A stretch of 64,000 nt of DNA from contig CAWHDT010000005.1 of the NCBI GenBank assembly GCA_963828195.1, positions 96,001 to 160,000 on the forward strand, given 5' to 3'. Made by a program: the position numbers and the translations under genes. How positions within the stretch are numbered: the stretch's first letter is position 1; every line of letters starts with the position of its first letter. This stretch comes from Candidatus Bathyarchaeota archaeon (lineage in GTDB: Archaea; Thermoproteota; Bathyarchaeia; Bathyarchaeales; Bathycorpusculaceae). The notes below the pieces were generated by a model, which saw only the letters and a list, made by a program, of their open reading frames with translations, made no database searches and was not told the origin of the DNA. Below, piece by piece: positions 48,601 through 59,008 of the stretch.

Positions 48601-49535
48601 CGTATCTGCCGCAGCATCTCGCAGGTCTTGCATAAATCAGCTGCCGAAGGCTCGCCGCATTCTGCGCATGTCTTGAAAGCTTCTTTTTTAGCCGTCTCAT
48701 CCAACGCGGGTCTTAAACGCTCCATGGATTTGAGGACCGTGAATTTTGTTCCAGCATGCTTGGCTTCCATCCGATTAAGCATTCCGCGGATATCGTTGCG
48801 CAGCGCTTCCGAAGCGTACGGGCATGGTGTGTCTTGGAACCTGATTTTTTTGACGTATGCGTATAGGGCGCTTTCTTTTTCGGGAATTTCGCAGAAAGGC
48901 TTAATCTTCTGTACAAGCAGCGGATGCACTTCGCTTGTGACGGGTTTCTCTTTGGCTAGTCGAGTGATGTCGCCGCGGAAAATGTTCATAAGGATTGTCT
49001 GCGCCTCGTCGTCTAAAGTGTGGGCAGTAGCAACCTTGTTCGCATGAACCTGTCGTGCACCGATGTTTATAGCTTTTCGCCGAAGAACACCGCAGTAAGC
49101 GCAGGCAGTTAACTCAGTTTGCCCTTTGCTCCGCGCTTTAAAAATTATTTCGTCAAGCGTGAAGCCGTAGAGCTCTTTGAATGAAACAATATGATGAGGA
49201 ATTTCGAGTTTTTCGCAGTTTACAGCCGCGATTTCGAGGGCTTCATTTCTGTAGCCAGCTATGCCCTCATCCACGGTCACCGCAGTCAAGGCGGTTTTTG
49301 GTCGAACACGTTTCTGCTTTGCCAAAATATGCAGTAGGCTTAGGCTGTCTTTGCCGCCTGAAACCGCCACTGCTAAATGGTCATCGAAGTTAAGCATGTG
49401 ATAACGTGTGATGGTTGATCTTACTTTGGCTTCGATGGATTGGGTGAAGCATTTTTTGCACAGCGTTTCACCTGAATACTGCCTATGAAAGAAGGCTTCT
49501 CTAGTTTTGCATGCACTGCAGACCGTTGTAGTCAT
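48597..49535 (-). CDS. tRNA 2-thiolation protein (TIGR00269, NcsA/TtuA)
   Basis: CSAC/CKKC, AVSGGKDS, CAYCGVLRR, HTLDDE, CPY, C-terminal CAEC/CKTC. Confidence 0.92.
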   Translation of the reverse strand: MTTTVCSACKTREAFFHRQYSGETLCKKCFTQSIEAKVRSTITRYHMLNFDDHLAVAVSGGKDSLSLLHILAKQKRVRPKTALTAVTVDEGIAGYRNEALEIAAVNCEKLEIPHHIVSFKELYGFTLDEIIFKARSKGQTELTACAYCGVLRRKAINIGARQVHANKVATAHTLDDEAQTILMNIFRGDITRLAKEKPVTSEVHPLLVQKIKPFCEIPEKESALYAYVKKIRFQDTPCPYASEALRNDIRGMLNRMEAKHAGTKFTVLKSMERLRPALDETAKKEAFKTCAECGEPSAADLCKTCEMLRQIR

Positions 49536-49683
49536 TGGATTTTCACGTTTAACATCTAATCTGGGAAAGCTTACGCATTAACAAAAGCCATACATATCTG
49601 CCGCTCTATTTCCACTTTTTCCTTTTTTAACGCCTGAAGCTTTACTGCAATGCACCGCAGCAAACCTGAAGGACCTGCAGGAG

Positions 49684-50109
49684 CTAAATATCCCAAAGAG
49701 ACAGACCTGTTACAGCATCTTTCTTCCGCTCGATTTTTTCGCCAACCAGCTCAGTTATGTGAACTTCGGCTGCGAAAACTTTTCCTTCAAGCAGATGCCC
49801 CGCTTTCAAATTACCCGCACTATCTGCTAAAACAGCGTGGGCGTGAACAAAGGGTTCGCCGTCCTTTATTGAAAAGTTGCCGATGCAACTTGCTATTTCC
49901 TGCGGAGCCAAAAGCGCAGTCTCCAAATACGCATGTTTTTCTTGATCGTAAAAACCAAGCTTCGCACGTTTTAAAGCACCTATGGCTGTAAAAGACGCGG
50001 TCATAACCGCATTGTCTTTGGCGAATTCAGTCAAAAACGCGTTTATTTCTGAATCGTGCTTAACACTCACAAGAAAAAGTCTCCCAGCAACTAATTTTTT
50101 AAAGCTCAT
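49684..50109 (-). CDS. PPC/DUF296 domain protein
   Basis: AIGAL, EIASCIGN, HAHAVL, AGHL, FAAEV, TGLSLW. Confidence 0.9.
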   Translation of the reverse strand: MSFKKLVAGRLFLVSVKHDSEINAFLTEFAKDNAVMTASFTAIGALKRAKLGFYDQEKHAYLETALLAPQEIASCIGNFSIKDGEPFVHAHAVLADSAGNLKAGHLLEGKVFAAEVHITELVGEKIERKKDAVTGLSLWDI

Positions 50110-50237
50110 TGTCAGGTCTCCTAATTCAGGATAAACTTATCGAACTAAATAATTTTGAAATTAGCTCATCAAAAGAAAGAACTTGGTTGCATTTAAAACT
50201 TAAAAAAAAAGAAAAGGGATTGTTTGGTTGAGTTGTT

Positions 50238-52949
50238 TTATGGCTTTTTTCTGAGTATTAGCAATCCGACTACTGCTACTGCTATGATTATGGCGATTGC
50301 TGCAACGACTATGTATGTCATTAAGTCAGCTGTTGTTGCCAAGTTCGATGCGGGTGCTGCTGTGGGCGCTGGTGTTGCCGCAGGTGCATTAGCGTAGAAG
50401 TGTGCTTCGGCTGTAGATCCATAGTATGATCCTGTTCCAGCAAACGTAGCGGTTACAGTGTAGTTACCTGTGATTGTTGGTGTCCAGTTCAAGCTGTATG
50501 TGCCGCTTGCATCAGAGGTTGTGGTGCCGATGACATAGCAGTTTCCGTTAGCGTCAGTGACGGCGATTGTAACTGGAACTCCAGTTATGTTTGTCGGCAT
50601 TGGTTGCTGCTCATATACTGCTTCCATGAATTGGCTCATGCTTGCGTCAGATACGCATGGTAGTCCGTTGGGGAAGTTTGCTGCGACTGCTGCCTGTTGC
50701 GAACCTGCTGAGTTGTCCATTACTGTGCCTGTTATGGTTACCGGTGTGGCAGTTGTGACGCCGACGCTGGGTGCTGATACGGTCATTTTGCTTGGTCCTT
50801 GGGCGTAAGCGTAGATTTGGTTGTCATAAGCGTTTAGTGATGTCATAACGCCGTATGCTGTGACTGGAAGGCCGTCAACGTCGAAGGCATCTATGCTCCA
50901 TACTAGGTTACCGTTAGTGGCGTTTATTGCAAGTTGCTGTGCTCCGAGGAATAATGGTGGACTGTACTCGTGTCCTTCTTCAAGGAAGATGAGTCCGTCA
51001 GCCATGCCTATTCCGGTTTGTTCCCAAATTGGCCAGGTGCCGTATGGGCTGTTGTTTCCTGCGGGGCCTTGGATTGCGGTTGTGCTTGTTTGCCAGTTGA
51101 TGTCTCCGTTAAGCATGTTAATGGACCATACGTCTCCACCGAACGCGAAGAGGTACAATGTTGTGCCTGCAATTACTCCTGAATCGCCGCCGATTGAGTC
51201 GTAAGGATTGAATGGTGCAAGATTATCTGACCAAAGCAGAGCGCCTGTAGCCATACTGTACCCGTTAACTACCTGTGTTTCTTTAGTAATTGTAGTCCAA
51301 ACGCCGTTGCCAGCAAGCCAAGCACAGTTGAGACTAGTGGCGGTGAGTGGCGTAAGTGTCAGGTTTTCTATCCATTGTTGTTGTCCTGTAGTTGTGCTGT
51401 AAGCTGCAAAAACTCCCCATCCGCCTTGGAAGAAGGATCCGCCGGAGGGAGCTTCTGTGTCCATAACGATTGTGCCGCTGTTGATAGCCCAGATTGCGAG
51501 GTTTGATGGGAATGAGTTGCCTGTGTAGTTAGTTGCGATTGGTGCTACCCATTGTATTCCGTTTTGGAATGAGATGACGCCGTCCTGTGGAGGTCTCCAG
51601 TACCAGCCTGAAGCTTGTGCACTCCAAGCGCCGTTCTGGACACAAAGTGTTGAGTTCCACATAGTTAGCATTGGACCTGTGTTAGTGACTTTGGTGCCGA
51701 CAATGTTGCCTCCGAGGTTACTGTAGAGCGTTTGGCTGCCAGTGGTAGCGTTAACGTAGTAGCCGATCAAGTTTCCACCTTGATCTTCAACAAATGATGG
51801 CGAAGTGCCGTTGACAATGCTTAAGATATAGGTTCCAGTTTCAGCATCAAACAGGTTTAATGTCGTTGATCCAGCTGACACATTGATTCCAACTGGGGTC
51901 CCCGTAGTCCATAAGTACGCTAGACCACCGTATTGGTTGGGCGATACGAAATCAAGTATTTGACCGCATTTTAATGTCGTGCATACGCCTGTTGATATTA
52001 GGGCAGTTTGCACTGAAGAGCCGCCGCCGAAGTTGTCGCCGTTGTCATTCCAAACAGTTTGTCCAGTGTACAAGTCAACGCAGATTAAGCCTGTGGGAGT
52101 AGTTGAGCTGCCTGGAAATACGTTGTAGTAGAGAAAGCCGTTTATGATCACTGGGTTATATTTGCGTTCATATTGCGAGGTTGAGTAGTAGTTGCCGTAG
52201 GTTGTTGTTCCGCCGAATTCTCCTCCGAGAACTCCTCCGAACGCCTCAGGCTTAGTCCATATGATGTGGCTGGTAAGGGGTGCTAAACTGTACGGATTAT
52301 AGTTTGAGCTGTAATTGTATTTGCCTGTGCCGCCGAGGTCAAGGGAAGCGCCTGAAACTGAATACCAATTGTTAACGTTCAATGCGCTTACCGGAGTTTC
52401 CCAGTAGCTTGTTGGAAGAGGAGCTATCGGGAAAGCGGGGATTGCATTCTGCTGGACCGTTAGAGCGAATACGTTGCTGGTTGCGGGTAAATAAGTGTCG
52501 TTGATAAACGCCGCTGTTGTGGAAGAGTAGCCGGTTGGCGGTGGATTGGCGCCTGCTAATACTTGTCCTGGAAAAGTCATTTGGAAGGTGTAGTTGCCAA
52601 GTTCAGTTGGCGTATACTGGAAGTGTGTTCCTCCTGTATCGTCAGATGTATATGGTCCCATTGATACAGTTGTTCCGTCAGGCAGCGTAATTTTTACCAT
52701 CATGCCCATCCATCTGTCTCCATACGGACCTGTTGCTGTTGGCGGGGGTTCTGCGAGCCAGAAGCCGACGTTAACTGATTGGCCTAAACCACAAGGGCTA
52801 GGTGCAACATTAATGAAAGCAATGGTTGGATTATTCTGTGGTGGCGTGTGCGCGCTGGCACTAGGTACTAAAATCATTGATGCGCTCATAGAAATTGTCA
52901 GAAACAAAGCAATCAAAATAGCCATAGTTTTACTTTTTAGATTTTGCAT
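50238..52949 (-). CDS. Membrane-anchored PQQ-like beta-propeller surface protein
   Basis: Signal peptide, repeated D/N..TG...W blades, VSDASMSQFMEAVY, C-terminal TM plus RKKP. Confidence 0.85.
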   Translation of the reverse strand: MQNLKSKTMAILIALFLTISMSASMILVPSASAHTPPQNNPTIAFINVAPSPCGLGQSVNVGFWLAEPPPTATGPYGDRWMGMMVKITLPDGTTVSMGPYTSDDTGGTHFQYTPTELGNYTFQMTFPGQVLAGANPPPTGYSSTTAAFINDTYLPATSNVFALTVQQNAIPAFPIAPLPTSYWETPVSALNVNNWYSVSGASLDLGGTGKYNYSSNYNPYSLAPLTSHIIWTKPEAFGGVLGGEFGGTTTYGNYYSTSQYERKYNPVIINGFLYYNVFPGSSTTPTGLICVDLYTGQTVWNDNGDNFGGGSSVQTALISTGVCTTLKCGQILDFVSPNQYGGLAYLWTTGTPVGINVSAGSTTLNLFDAETGTYILSIVNGTSPSFVEDQGGNLIGYYVNATTGSQTLYSNLGGNIVGTKVTNTGPMLTMWNSTLCVQNGAWSAQASGWYWRPPQDGVISFQNGIQWVAPIATNYTGNSFPSNLAIWAINSGTIVMDTEAPSGGSFFQGGWGVFAAYSTTTGQQQWIENLTLTPLTATSLNCAWLAGNGVWTTITKETQVVNGYSMATGALLWSDNLAPFNPYDSIGGDSGVIAGTTLYLFAFGGDVWSINMLNGDINWQTSTTAIQGPAGNNSPYGTWPIWEQTGIGMADGLIFLEEGHEYSPPLFLGAQQLAINATNGNLVWSIDAFDVDGLPVTAYGVMTSLNAYDNQIYAYAQGPSKMTVSAPSVGVTTATPVTITGTVMDNSAGSQQAAVAANFPNGLPCVSDASMSQFMEAVYEQQPMPTNITGVPVTIAVTDANGNCYVIGTTTSDASGTYSLNWTPTITGNYTVTATFAGTGSYYGSTAEAHFYANAPAATPAPTAAPASNLATTADLMTYIVVAAIAIIIAVAVVGLLILRKKP

Positions 52950-52971
52950 TTTTCTTTTCTCCTAAATTTAT

Positions 52972-53035
52972 TTGACTAAGAAGCCTAAATGCTTCCGAGT
53001 CAATAGCCTAAGCATTGACAGGCATTTCTTTATAA
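52972..53035 (-). promoter_or_regulatory. TATA box plus 5'-leader hairpin of propeller gene 1
   Basis: TTATAAAG at 53028-53035; TTGACT-cg-GAAGC-loop-GCTTC-tt-AGTCAA; AGGAGA RBS. Confidence 0.6.
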
Positions 53036-53428
53036 CACTTTTGGAAATTCAAGAAAACGCAAGAACCATGAAGTTGAATTATTTAACTCTTCCAAAGATT
53101 ATCCCAAGCCAATGTTAATGTTGTTCTCAGTATTCCCACGCTTGAAGCTCAAAAACTAAGACTGAGAAATCAGCCTATTTTTTATAAAAAAGTGGCATGG
53201 ATGCTTTAAATCAAAGTCAGTTGCAGAACGCCACGTCTTTACCGAACAGAGAATTAGATCTTTGGGTTTCGCTTAGCCTTTAAGGCACTCTTTAGAATAA
53301 AAGAACCAAAAATGCTTGTTTTTTGCGAATATTTCTTGAAAATCTAAAAGAGCATTCATAGCTCATAGTTTATTTTGCCTTGAGTTCTAAACAAAAAAAA
53401 GAAAGGGAAAATTTTGGTTGTAGTTTTT

Positions 53429-56404
53429 CTATGGCCGTTTTCTTAGAAGTAGCAGTGCAAGTACTGCGCCGATTATGATTATCACGATTATGACTGCTGC
53501 TATCCCTAATTCTACAGTACTTGTCGATGCTAGCCCTGATACTGGTGTAGTGGTAGGTGCTGTTGTTGCCGCTGGGCTTCCGATTACCATGCCGGTTTGT
53601 GCGTTTGATCCCCAGTAGCTGTTGGTGCTGGCGAATGTTGCTGTTATGAGGTAGCTGCCTGCAATGCTTGGAGGCGTCCAAGTGTAGGTGTACAAGCCGT
53701 TTGAATCGGTTGTTGCTGTGCCGATGTTGACGATGTTGCCGTTCGGGTCAATTGCAGTCAATGCTACCGTGACGCCTGTGAAGTTGGTTGGCTCTGGCTT
53801 CTGCATGTAGACATATTCCATCCATTGACTTTGGCTTGCGTCAGATGCGCACGGGACACCGCTGGGGAAGTCGGCTGCCTGCTCAGTTTGCTTTGTACCA
53901 GGAGAGATATCCATAACTGTGCCCTGTATCACTACTGGCTGTCCTGCTGTGACAACGGTCTGTGGCGCTGTTACTGTGGTGGCGCTGGGTCCTTGGGAGA
54001 AATCATACATTTGGTTGTCATACATGTTGTATGCCACATAGGCGCCATTTGCAACAATAGCTTCTGGATATCCTGGTCCTCCATCGTTATTACATTGGAA
54101 GTATATGCCCCAAATTTCTTGTCCATTTGTAGCATTAAGGCAGTACTGCATTTCGCCTAAGTAGTAAGGTGATTGAGCGCCGTTTCCATGCTGAGTTGTG
54201 TAGACGTATACCATTCCATCTGCAACATCGGTTACCATTGTGGGTAGAAGACCCCAAGGTGAATTAAGTCCGTCGTTGGTGCTGTTGCCTTCTCCGCCAT
54301 TGCCGAATTGCCATAGTAGAGCTCCGTTGCACGCGGCATAGCAATAAACTTCTCCGCCATAGCCCTGAATATACACGTTGCCGTAAGCATCTATACCGAC
54401 TTGTCCACTGCCTAGTCCACTACCGTAGAATTGGTATTGGTCAGTGAAAGCCGTGGTTGTTGGACCCCACTCCAGCGCGCCAGTGAGTAAATTGTAGCCA
54501 TACAACTGGAAAGTTTCTGAGCATTGTACTATGATCATGTTGGTTATTGGGTCTAAGCATAAGATTCTTAATGTGTATGCGCCTATGTCAGAGTTTCCCA
54601 TCGGGTAGAGTGCTGTGTAATTTTGGATGAACAGTGTCGATCCTACTACGCCTGTGGTTGCGTTCAGATTCAGTGCCCACATAGTCCACGGGTTTGGAGT
54701 ATACTGAGCGCCAGGGGATATTGATGCAAGTCCGTTGCTTTGTCCCATGATAACATCGCCGACAATGACTGCATTGATTGTTGGTCCAGTTAGAGAAACT
54801 CCATCAGGGTTTGTCGCATTGAGAGCCCATCCGTCCAAGTCAGCAGTAATCGGTACGACCCAAGTAAATGGATTGTAGTAAACAACTGTAGGCCCTACTG
54901 GGGCGGCGGCGTTATTGGTCAGTGTACCTGTATATGTAGCGGGATTAGAAGCTGTATAAGCTTGGCTTGCGTCGATTGATCTGCCTTCAGGTCTATATGG
55001 ACCTGATGGAGCGTTAAGATTTTGGATGCATGCTGTAGAGTTCCATAGAGATAACGTGCCAGTTTCAGAGGTAATATTATAGTCGAGGATGTACAGTAGC
55101 ATATCGCCCTGCGAATCCATAGCTTGTTTTGTAGTCTGTTCCCATTGCAAGCAGCCGCTTGGACTACCTGTATTGGGGTCTTTACCGTAAATGCTAATCG
55201 CTTGGGGAATATTTGTTAGATTAAAGTCCCAGTTTCCAGTGTCCGCGTCATAAGCTATCCATGTCACGTTGGCCTCTGCTATAGTACTGCCTGTTGCACC
55301 GTTAACGATGGCAGGTGCTAATTGATAGCTCTGCCATAAGTAGCCGCTGGGGATAACGCCGGATTGGTTAGGGTCAACTTCATTGTATAATTGACCCCAC
55401 GTTGGGTTGAAATCGGGGCTAGTATTCTCCCACACGATTTTTCCAGTCGCCAAGTTTATACAGACGAAACCTCCGCCGTAAACAGCACCGTTAACTATAA
55501 TCGGAGTGCCATCACCGCCATAAGGCAATTTGTAATAGAGATATCCATTCATAATTATGTCATTATAGACTCTAGGCTGGTATGAACTTCCGGAATAGTA
55601 GGTTGCGCCATTAACACCAACTGATCCAGCATAAGGTTCGCTGGTTCCTCCAACAACGCCACCGAACTCAACAGGATTTGTCCACATAATGTGAGCCGAC
55701 GTAGGTGCAGTGCCACTAGGTTGGAAAGCGTTCCAACCGGTTTGTTGGTAAGAGCCTAATTGATAAGAAGAGTAGCCAAGCCAATTTGATGCAATAGTGT
55801 ACCAGTTCCAATTCTGAGCGTCTATCGGATTAGTCCAATAGGCAGTCGGAAGCGGAAAACCAAGTGTCGATAATGGTGTTTGCTGTACGGTAAAGTTCGT
55901 GGTTGCGGTTTCACCAGTAAACACGTCGCCTGCATAAGCATTGATTGAAGCTATGGTTGCTCCTGAAAGTGGAACAGTTGAAGATACTGCTGATAGAGTT
56001 GGGTATGTCATTCCTCCAAAAGTGAACGTTACCTGGTATTGGCCTACCTCTGTGGGCGTGTACGAAATGGCTTGCTCGCCTCCTGGGTTGGCAACAGTGT
56101 CTGAAGGAGTCCATAAGGTTGCACTTGTTCCATCAGGCAAATTGACAGTGACCGTGTAGTTTTCTTTTCTGATGTTATTAGTCAAAGCTGAGTTGGGCAG
56201 GGGTTGAGCAGTCCAAAAAGAAATGCTCACTGTTTGACCCATGCCAACTGGGCTGGGTTCAGCAGCGACATATGCGTCGTCCTTAATTGTCCATGCAGGA
56301 GTGTGTGCGCTAGCATTAGGTATTATTGACATTGAAGCTCCTATAGAGATTGTTAGAATCAAAGCGATCAAAATAGCTAAAGTTTTTCCTTTCGAATTTT
56401 GCAT
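53429..56404 (-). CDS. Membrane-anchored PQQ-like beta-propeller surface protein (paralog)
   Basis: Same architecture; MQN.K.KT.AILIAL.LTIS, ASAHTP, LPT.YW, ASDASQSQWMEYVYMQ, TM plus RKRP. Confidence 0.85.
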   Translation of the reverse strand: MQNSKGKTLAILIALILTISIGASMSIIPNASAHTPAWTIKDDAYVAAEPSPVGMGQTVSISFWTAQPLPNSALTNNIRKENYTVTVNLPDGTSATLWTPSDTVANPGGEQAISYTPTEVGQYQVTFTFGGMTYPTLSAVSSTVPLSGATIASINAYAGDVFTGETATTNFTVQQTPLSTLGFPLPTAYWTNPIDAQNWNWYTIASNWLGYSSYQLGSYQQTGWNAFQPSGTAPTSAHIMWTNPVEFGGVVGGTSEPYAGSVGVNGATYYSGSSYQPRVYNDIIMNGYLYYKLPYGGDGTPIIVNGAVYGGGFVCINLATGKIVWENTSPDFNPTWGQLYNEVDPNQSGVIPSGYLWQSYQLAPAIVNGATGSTIAEANVTWIAYDADTGNWDFNLTNIPQAISIYGKDPNTGSPSGCLQWEQTTKQAMDSQGDMLLYILDYNITSETGTLSLWNSTACIQNLNAPSGPYRPEGRSIDASQAYTASNPATYTGTLTNNAAAPVGPTVVYYNPFTWVVPITADLDGWALNATNPDGVSLTGPTINAVIVGDVIMGQSNGLASISPGAQYTPNPWTMWALNLNATTGVVGSTLFIQNYTALYPMGNSDIGAYTLRILCLDPITNMIIVQCSETFQLYGYNLLTGALEWGPTTTAFTDQYQFYGSGLGSGQVGIDAYGNVYIQGYGGEVYCYAACNGALLWQFGNGGEGNSTNDGLNSPWGLLPTMVTDVADGMVYVYTTQHGNGAQSPYYLGEMQYCLNATNGQEIWGIYFQCNNDGGPGYPEAIVANGAYVAYNMYDNQMYDFSQGPSATTVTAPQTVVTAGQPVVIQGTVMDISPGTKQTEQAADFPSGVPCASDASQSQWMEYVYMQKPEPTNFTGVTVALTAIDPNGNIVNIGTATTDSNGLYTYTWTPPSIAGSYLITATFASTNSYWGSNAQTGMVIGSPAATTAPTTTPVSGLASTSTVELGIAAVIIVIIIIGAVLALLLLRKRP

Positions 56405-56432
56405 TTTTATTTTCTCCTAAAATTTTATTTTT

Positions 56433-56490
56433 TGAGCAAGGTGCAAATATGCTCCTGCTCAGTGTATTATGTTCTCTTTGGCGCTTATAA
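56433..56490 (-). promoter_or_regulatory. TATA box plus 5'-leader hairpin of propeller gene 2
   Basis: TTATAAGC at 56483-56490; TGAGCA-GG-a-GCA-loop-TGC-a-CC-t-TGCTCA; AGGAGA RBS. Confidence 0.6.
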
Positions 56491-56624
56491 CTTTTTTTAA
56501 AAAATAACATATTTGGGCAATTGCTCTATCGGAGGTAAAACAGTTTTAGGGTTAATTTTGAAAAACTGTTTTATAGTGCAATGTTGCTTTATTGGGATTT
56601 ATGCTTGGGTGAAGGGCAAAGTTC

Positions 56625-57611
56625 ATGAGAAAAAGTATAGTTTACTTCTTGGTTACTGTGACCGTGTTGTCTTTGGGACTAGCTTTGGTTCCGCGTGGAT
56701 TTAGTCAAACGCAAGACCTCAAGGTTGTAAGTTACAGCTACTATATTGACGGTTTTGGCAATCTAGATGTTGTCGGCGAGGTGCAGAATACAGGTCCAAA
56801 CACCCTAACCCAACTAGCTTTATCAGGCTCGGTTTATTCACCTGGCAACGTGGATCAAGCTGATTCATACACGCAGGTTTGGGCTTCATACTTGAATCCC
56901 CAGCAGGAAGCGCCCTTTTACATGGAGTTCTCTCAACCCAACAGCTCTCCTGATGGAACATGGTATTCAGTGGATATCTCCAGTATTGCGCTAACAGTTA
57001 CTTCGGCGAACGCTACAAGCAGCTATGAATATCCAGACCTGAAAATCACAAGCAGCACACCATCAATTGGCAGCAGTGGCGATTATAACGGTGCCTACGA
57101 AGTCAACGGCGTTATTCAAAACACTGGCAGTCAAACGGCTCAAAACCTCACGGTTGTCGGGGAATTTTTCAACTCCACAGGTTCCGTGATTGCAGTAGGA
57201 TACACAAATTATCTAACTCCAGCGTCTCTTTCACCTTCCGGAACACTTTCATTCCAAATTTATGCACTTGACTTAAACCAGTCGCAGGTTTCTACAAGCC
57301 AAAAAATCACGAGTTATACCCTATTGGTTCAGACTGGGTTGCCTATCATACAAGGCACTGCACCAATAATTACTCCAAGCCCTGCCAGTTCTCAGTCTCC
57401 AAGCCCAACAAGCTCTGCAAGTTCCACAGGTTCTCCGTCAACCACACCGACTGATGCTGTCAATTCGAAGGGTTCCTCTAATTCAGCGGAAATTTACGCT
57501 ATCGTGATTGTGGTAGCCATTATCGCGGTAGTCGGAGCCATACTGATGTTGACTAGACGTAAACCTCATGCGACCGTAAAAGCACAGATAAAATCGAGGA
57601 AACAGAAGTAG
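56625..57611 (+). CDS. FxLYD-domain surface protein (two Ig-like repeats)
   Basis: VVGEVQNTG and VNGVIQNTG repeats, FFNSTGSVIAVG, S/T/P linker, C-terminal TM. Confidence 0.8.
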   Translation: MRKSIVYFLVTVTVLSLGLALVPRGFSQTQDLKVVSYSYYIDGFGNLDVVGEVQNTGPNTLTQLALSGSVYSPGNVDQADSYTQVWASYLNPQQEAPFYMEFSQPNSSPDGTWYSVDISSIALTVTSANATSSYEYPDLKITSSTPSIGSSGDYNGAYEVNGVIQNTGSQTAQNLTVVGEFFNSTGSVIAVGYTNYLTPASLSPSGTLSFQIYALDLNQSQVSTSQKITSYTLLVQTGLPIIQGTAPIITPSPASSQSPSPTSSASSTGSPSTTPTDAVNSKGSSNSAEIYAIVIVVAIIAVVGAILMLTRRKPHATVKAQIKSRKQK

Positions 57612-57728
57612 CTTCAATTTTTACACTTGAAACTCCTTTTTACTGCTTGTAGTTAATCAATTCTTGAAGGGGTATTCTTAAAAACTAAATAAGCCATGCA
57701 GCATTAGCTTTTCAAGTGGCTGAACGAG

Positions 57729-58433
57729 ATGGCTGTTAAGCCGACAAGGCGTGAGAATTACCGGGAAATAACGTACAGTAGTAAACGCTGGGTTTTATTG
57801 ACTGAACTCAGAAGTAAAGCGGAAGAAATTATGGCTGCCTTAGATGCTTTTCATTTGCAGTCGGTTGTTCATGGAAGCATAGCCAGAGGTGACGTGCACG
57901 TGGATAGCGACATCGACGTTTTCATTGCGGAGGTGCAGAATAGTTTCCTCGTTGAAACTGCCTTGGAAAAAGCAGGTATCTCTGTTAATGCGCGTTTAAT
58001 CGTTCAAGCCACCCCAACTTACGCGATGAAAGCGCACGTTGAAGTTGACGAAAAAATCAGTGTTTCATTTCCGCTGATGCAGATGCGTAGAGTCGAGAGG
58101 GAATTTTACAGGTTCGGCGGAGAAACCAATCTTAGTCAGCTTAAAATGGGCGTTCGGGTCCCCGGCGTGGACAAACGGCTGATGCTTATTGAGCCCAATG
58201 AGAAAGGTCATGTTGAGAGCAGCATCATCGGCAGGGAAGAGTCTGTGGCTAAAATTTTGGGTGTATCTGCTGAAACCGTGTTGGACAGGGTTCATGCCCT
58301 TTTGAAACGTGATACGGTGGGGAGAACGGGAGTTTTTGTTAAGAAAGAGTTGGTGCCAGATGAAACTTTTGAGTTGGCGCTCAAAAAACTCTCAGATGTA
58401 AATCCTGCAGTGCGTAGAAGAATGAAAAAATAG
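57729..58433 (+). CDS. Archaeal nucleotidyltransferase-domain protein (COG2413-like)
   Basis: HGSIARGDV...SDIDV, IVQATP, EFYRFGG, RVPGVDKRL, GRTGVF. Confidence 0.88.
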   Translation: MAVKPTRRENYREITYSSKRWVLLTELRSKAEEIMAALDAFHLQSVVHGSIARGDVHVDSDIDVFIAEVQNSFLVETALEKAGISVNARLIVQATPTYAMKAHVEVDEKISVSFPLMQMRRVEREFYRFGGETNLSQLKMGVRVPGVDKRLMLIEPNEKGHVESSIIGREESVAKILGVSAETVLDRVHALLKRDTVGRTGVFVKKELVPDETFELALKKLSDVNPAVRRRMKK

Positions 58434-58441
58434 ATTTGAGA

Positions 58442-59008
58442 CTAAGGGATGGTGTAGTAGATAAGCTCTTTTTCTTCAAGCAGCTTTTGAATCTTGTCAA
58501 CAGCTTCGTAAACCTGCTCTTCTTTTTTAGCTCCGACGCAGACGAGTTTTCCAGCGGAAAAGATCAAAAACACCACTTTCGGTTCATCCATTCGGTAAAC
58601 TGCGCCTGGAAACTGTTCAGGCTCATACATGACTTTGCTGAGTTTGTAAACGAGGCTTTCCAAGTCGATTTCGCCGCCGAGCTCTGCTGACGCCACAATG
58701 TTCTGAATGTTGACGATTGGCTTTTCGGTGATTTGGATTCCTTCACTTCGCAGTTCCTTAACCACTTTCTCCACTGCACTGCGTGACTCTTTTTCTGATT
58801 TAGCACCCGTACAAACCATTTTGCCCGTGCCGAAAATCAAGGTGGCTGTTTTTGGTTTTTTAAGTCTGAAAACTAAGCCTGGGAACACGCTCGGGTTGTA
58901 TTCGGTTTGGGGGAATTTCTCCACGATTTTTTGTAAGTCAATTTTTTGGTTAAGCGAGACAGAAGCAACAATGTTTTGTATGTTAATGATTGGTTTTCTT
59001 TTACTCAT
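58442..59008 (-). CDS. tbp: TATA-box-binding protein
   Basis: Two repeats: IQNIVAS...YNPSVFPGLVFR...LIFGTGKMVCTG and IQNIVAS...YEPEQFPGAVYR...LIFSAGKLVCVG. Confidence 0.97.
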   Translation of the reverse strand: MSKRKPIINIQNIVASVSLNQKIDLQKIVEKFPQTEYNPSVFPGLVFRLKKPKTATLIFGTGKMVCTGAKSEKESRSAVEKVVKELRSEGIQITEKPIVNIQNIVASAELGGEIDLESLVYKLSKVMYEPEQFPGAVYRMDEPKVVFLIFSAGKLVCVGAKKEEQVYEAVDKIQKLLEEKELIYYTIP

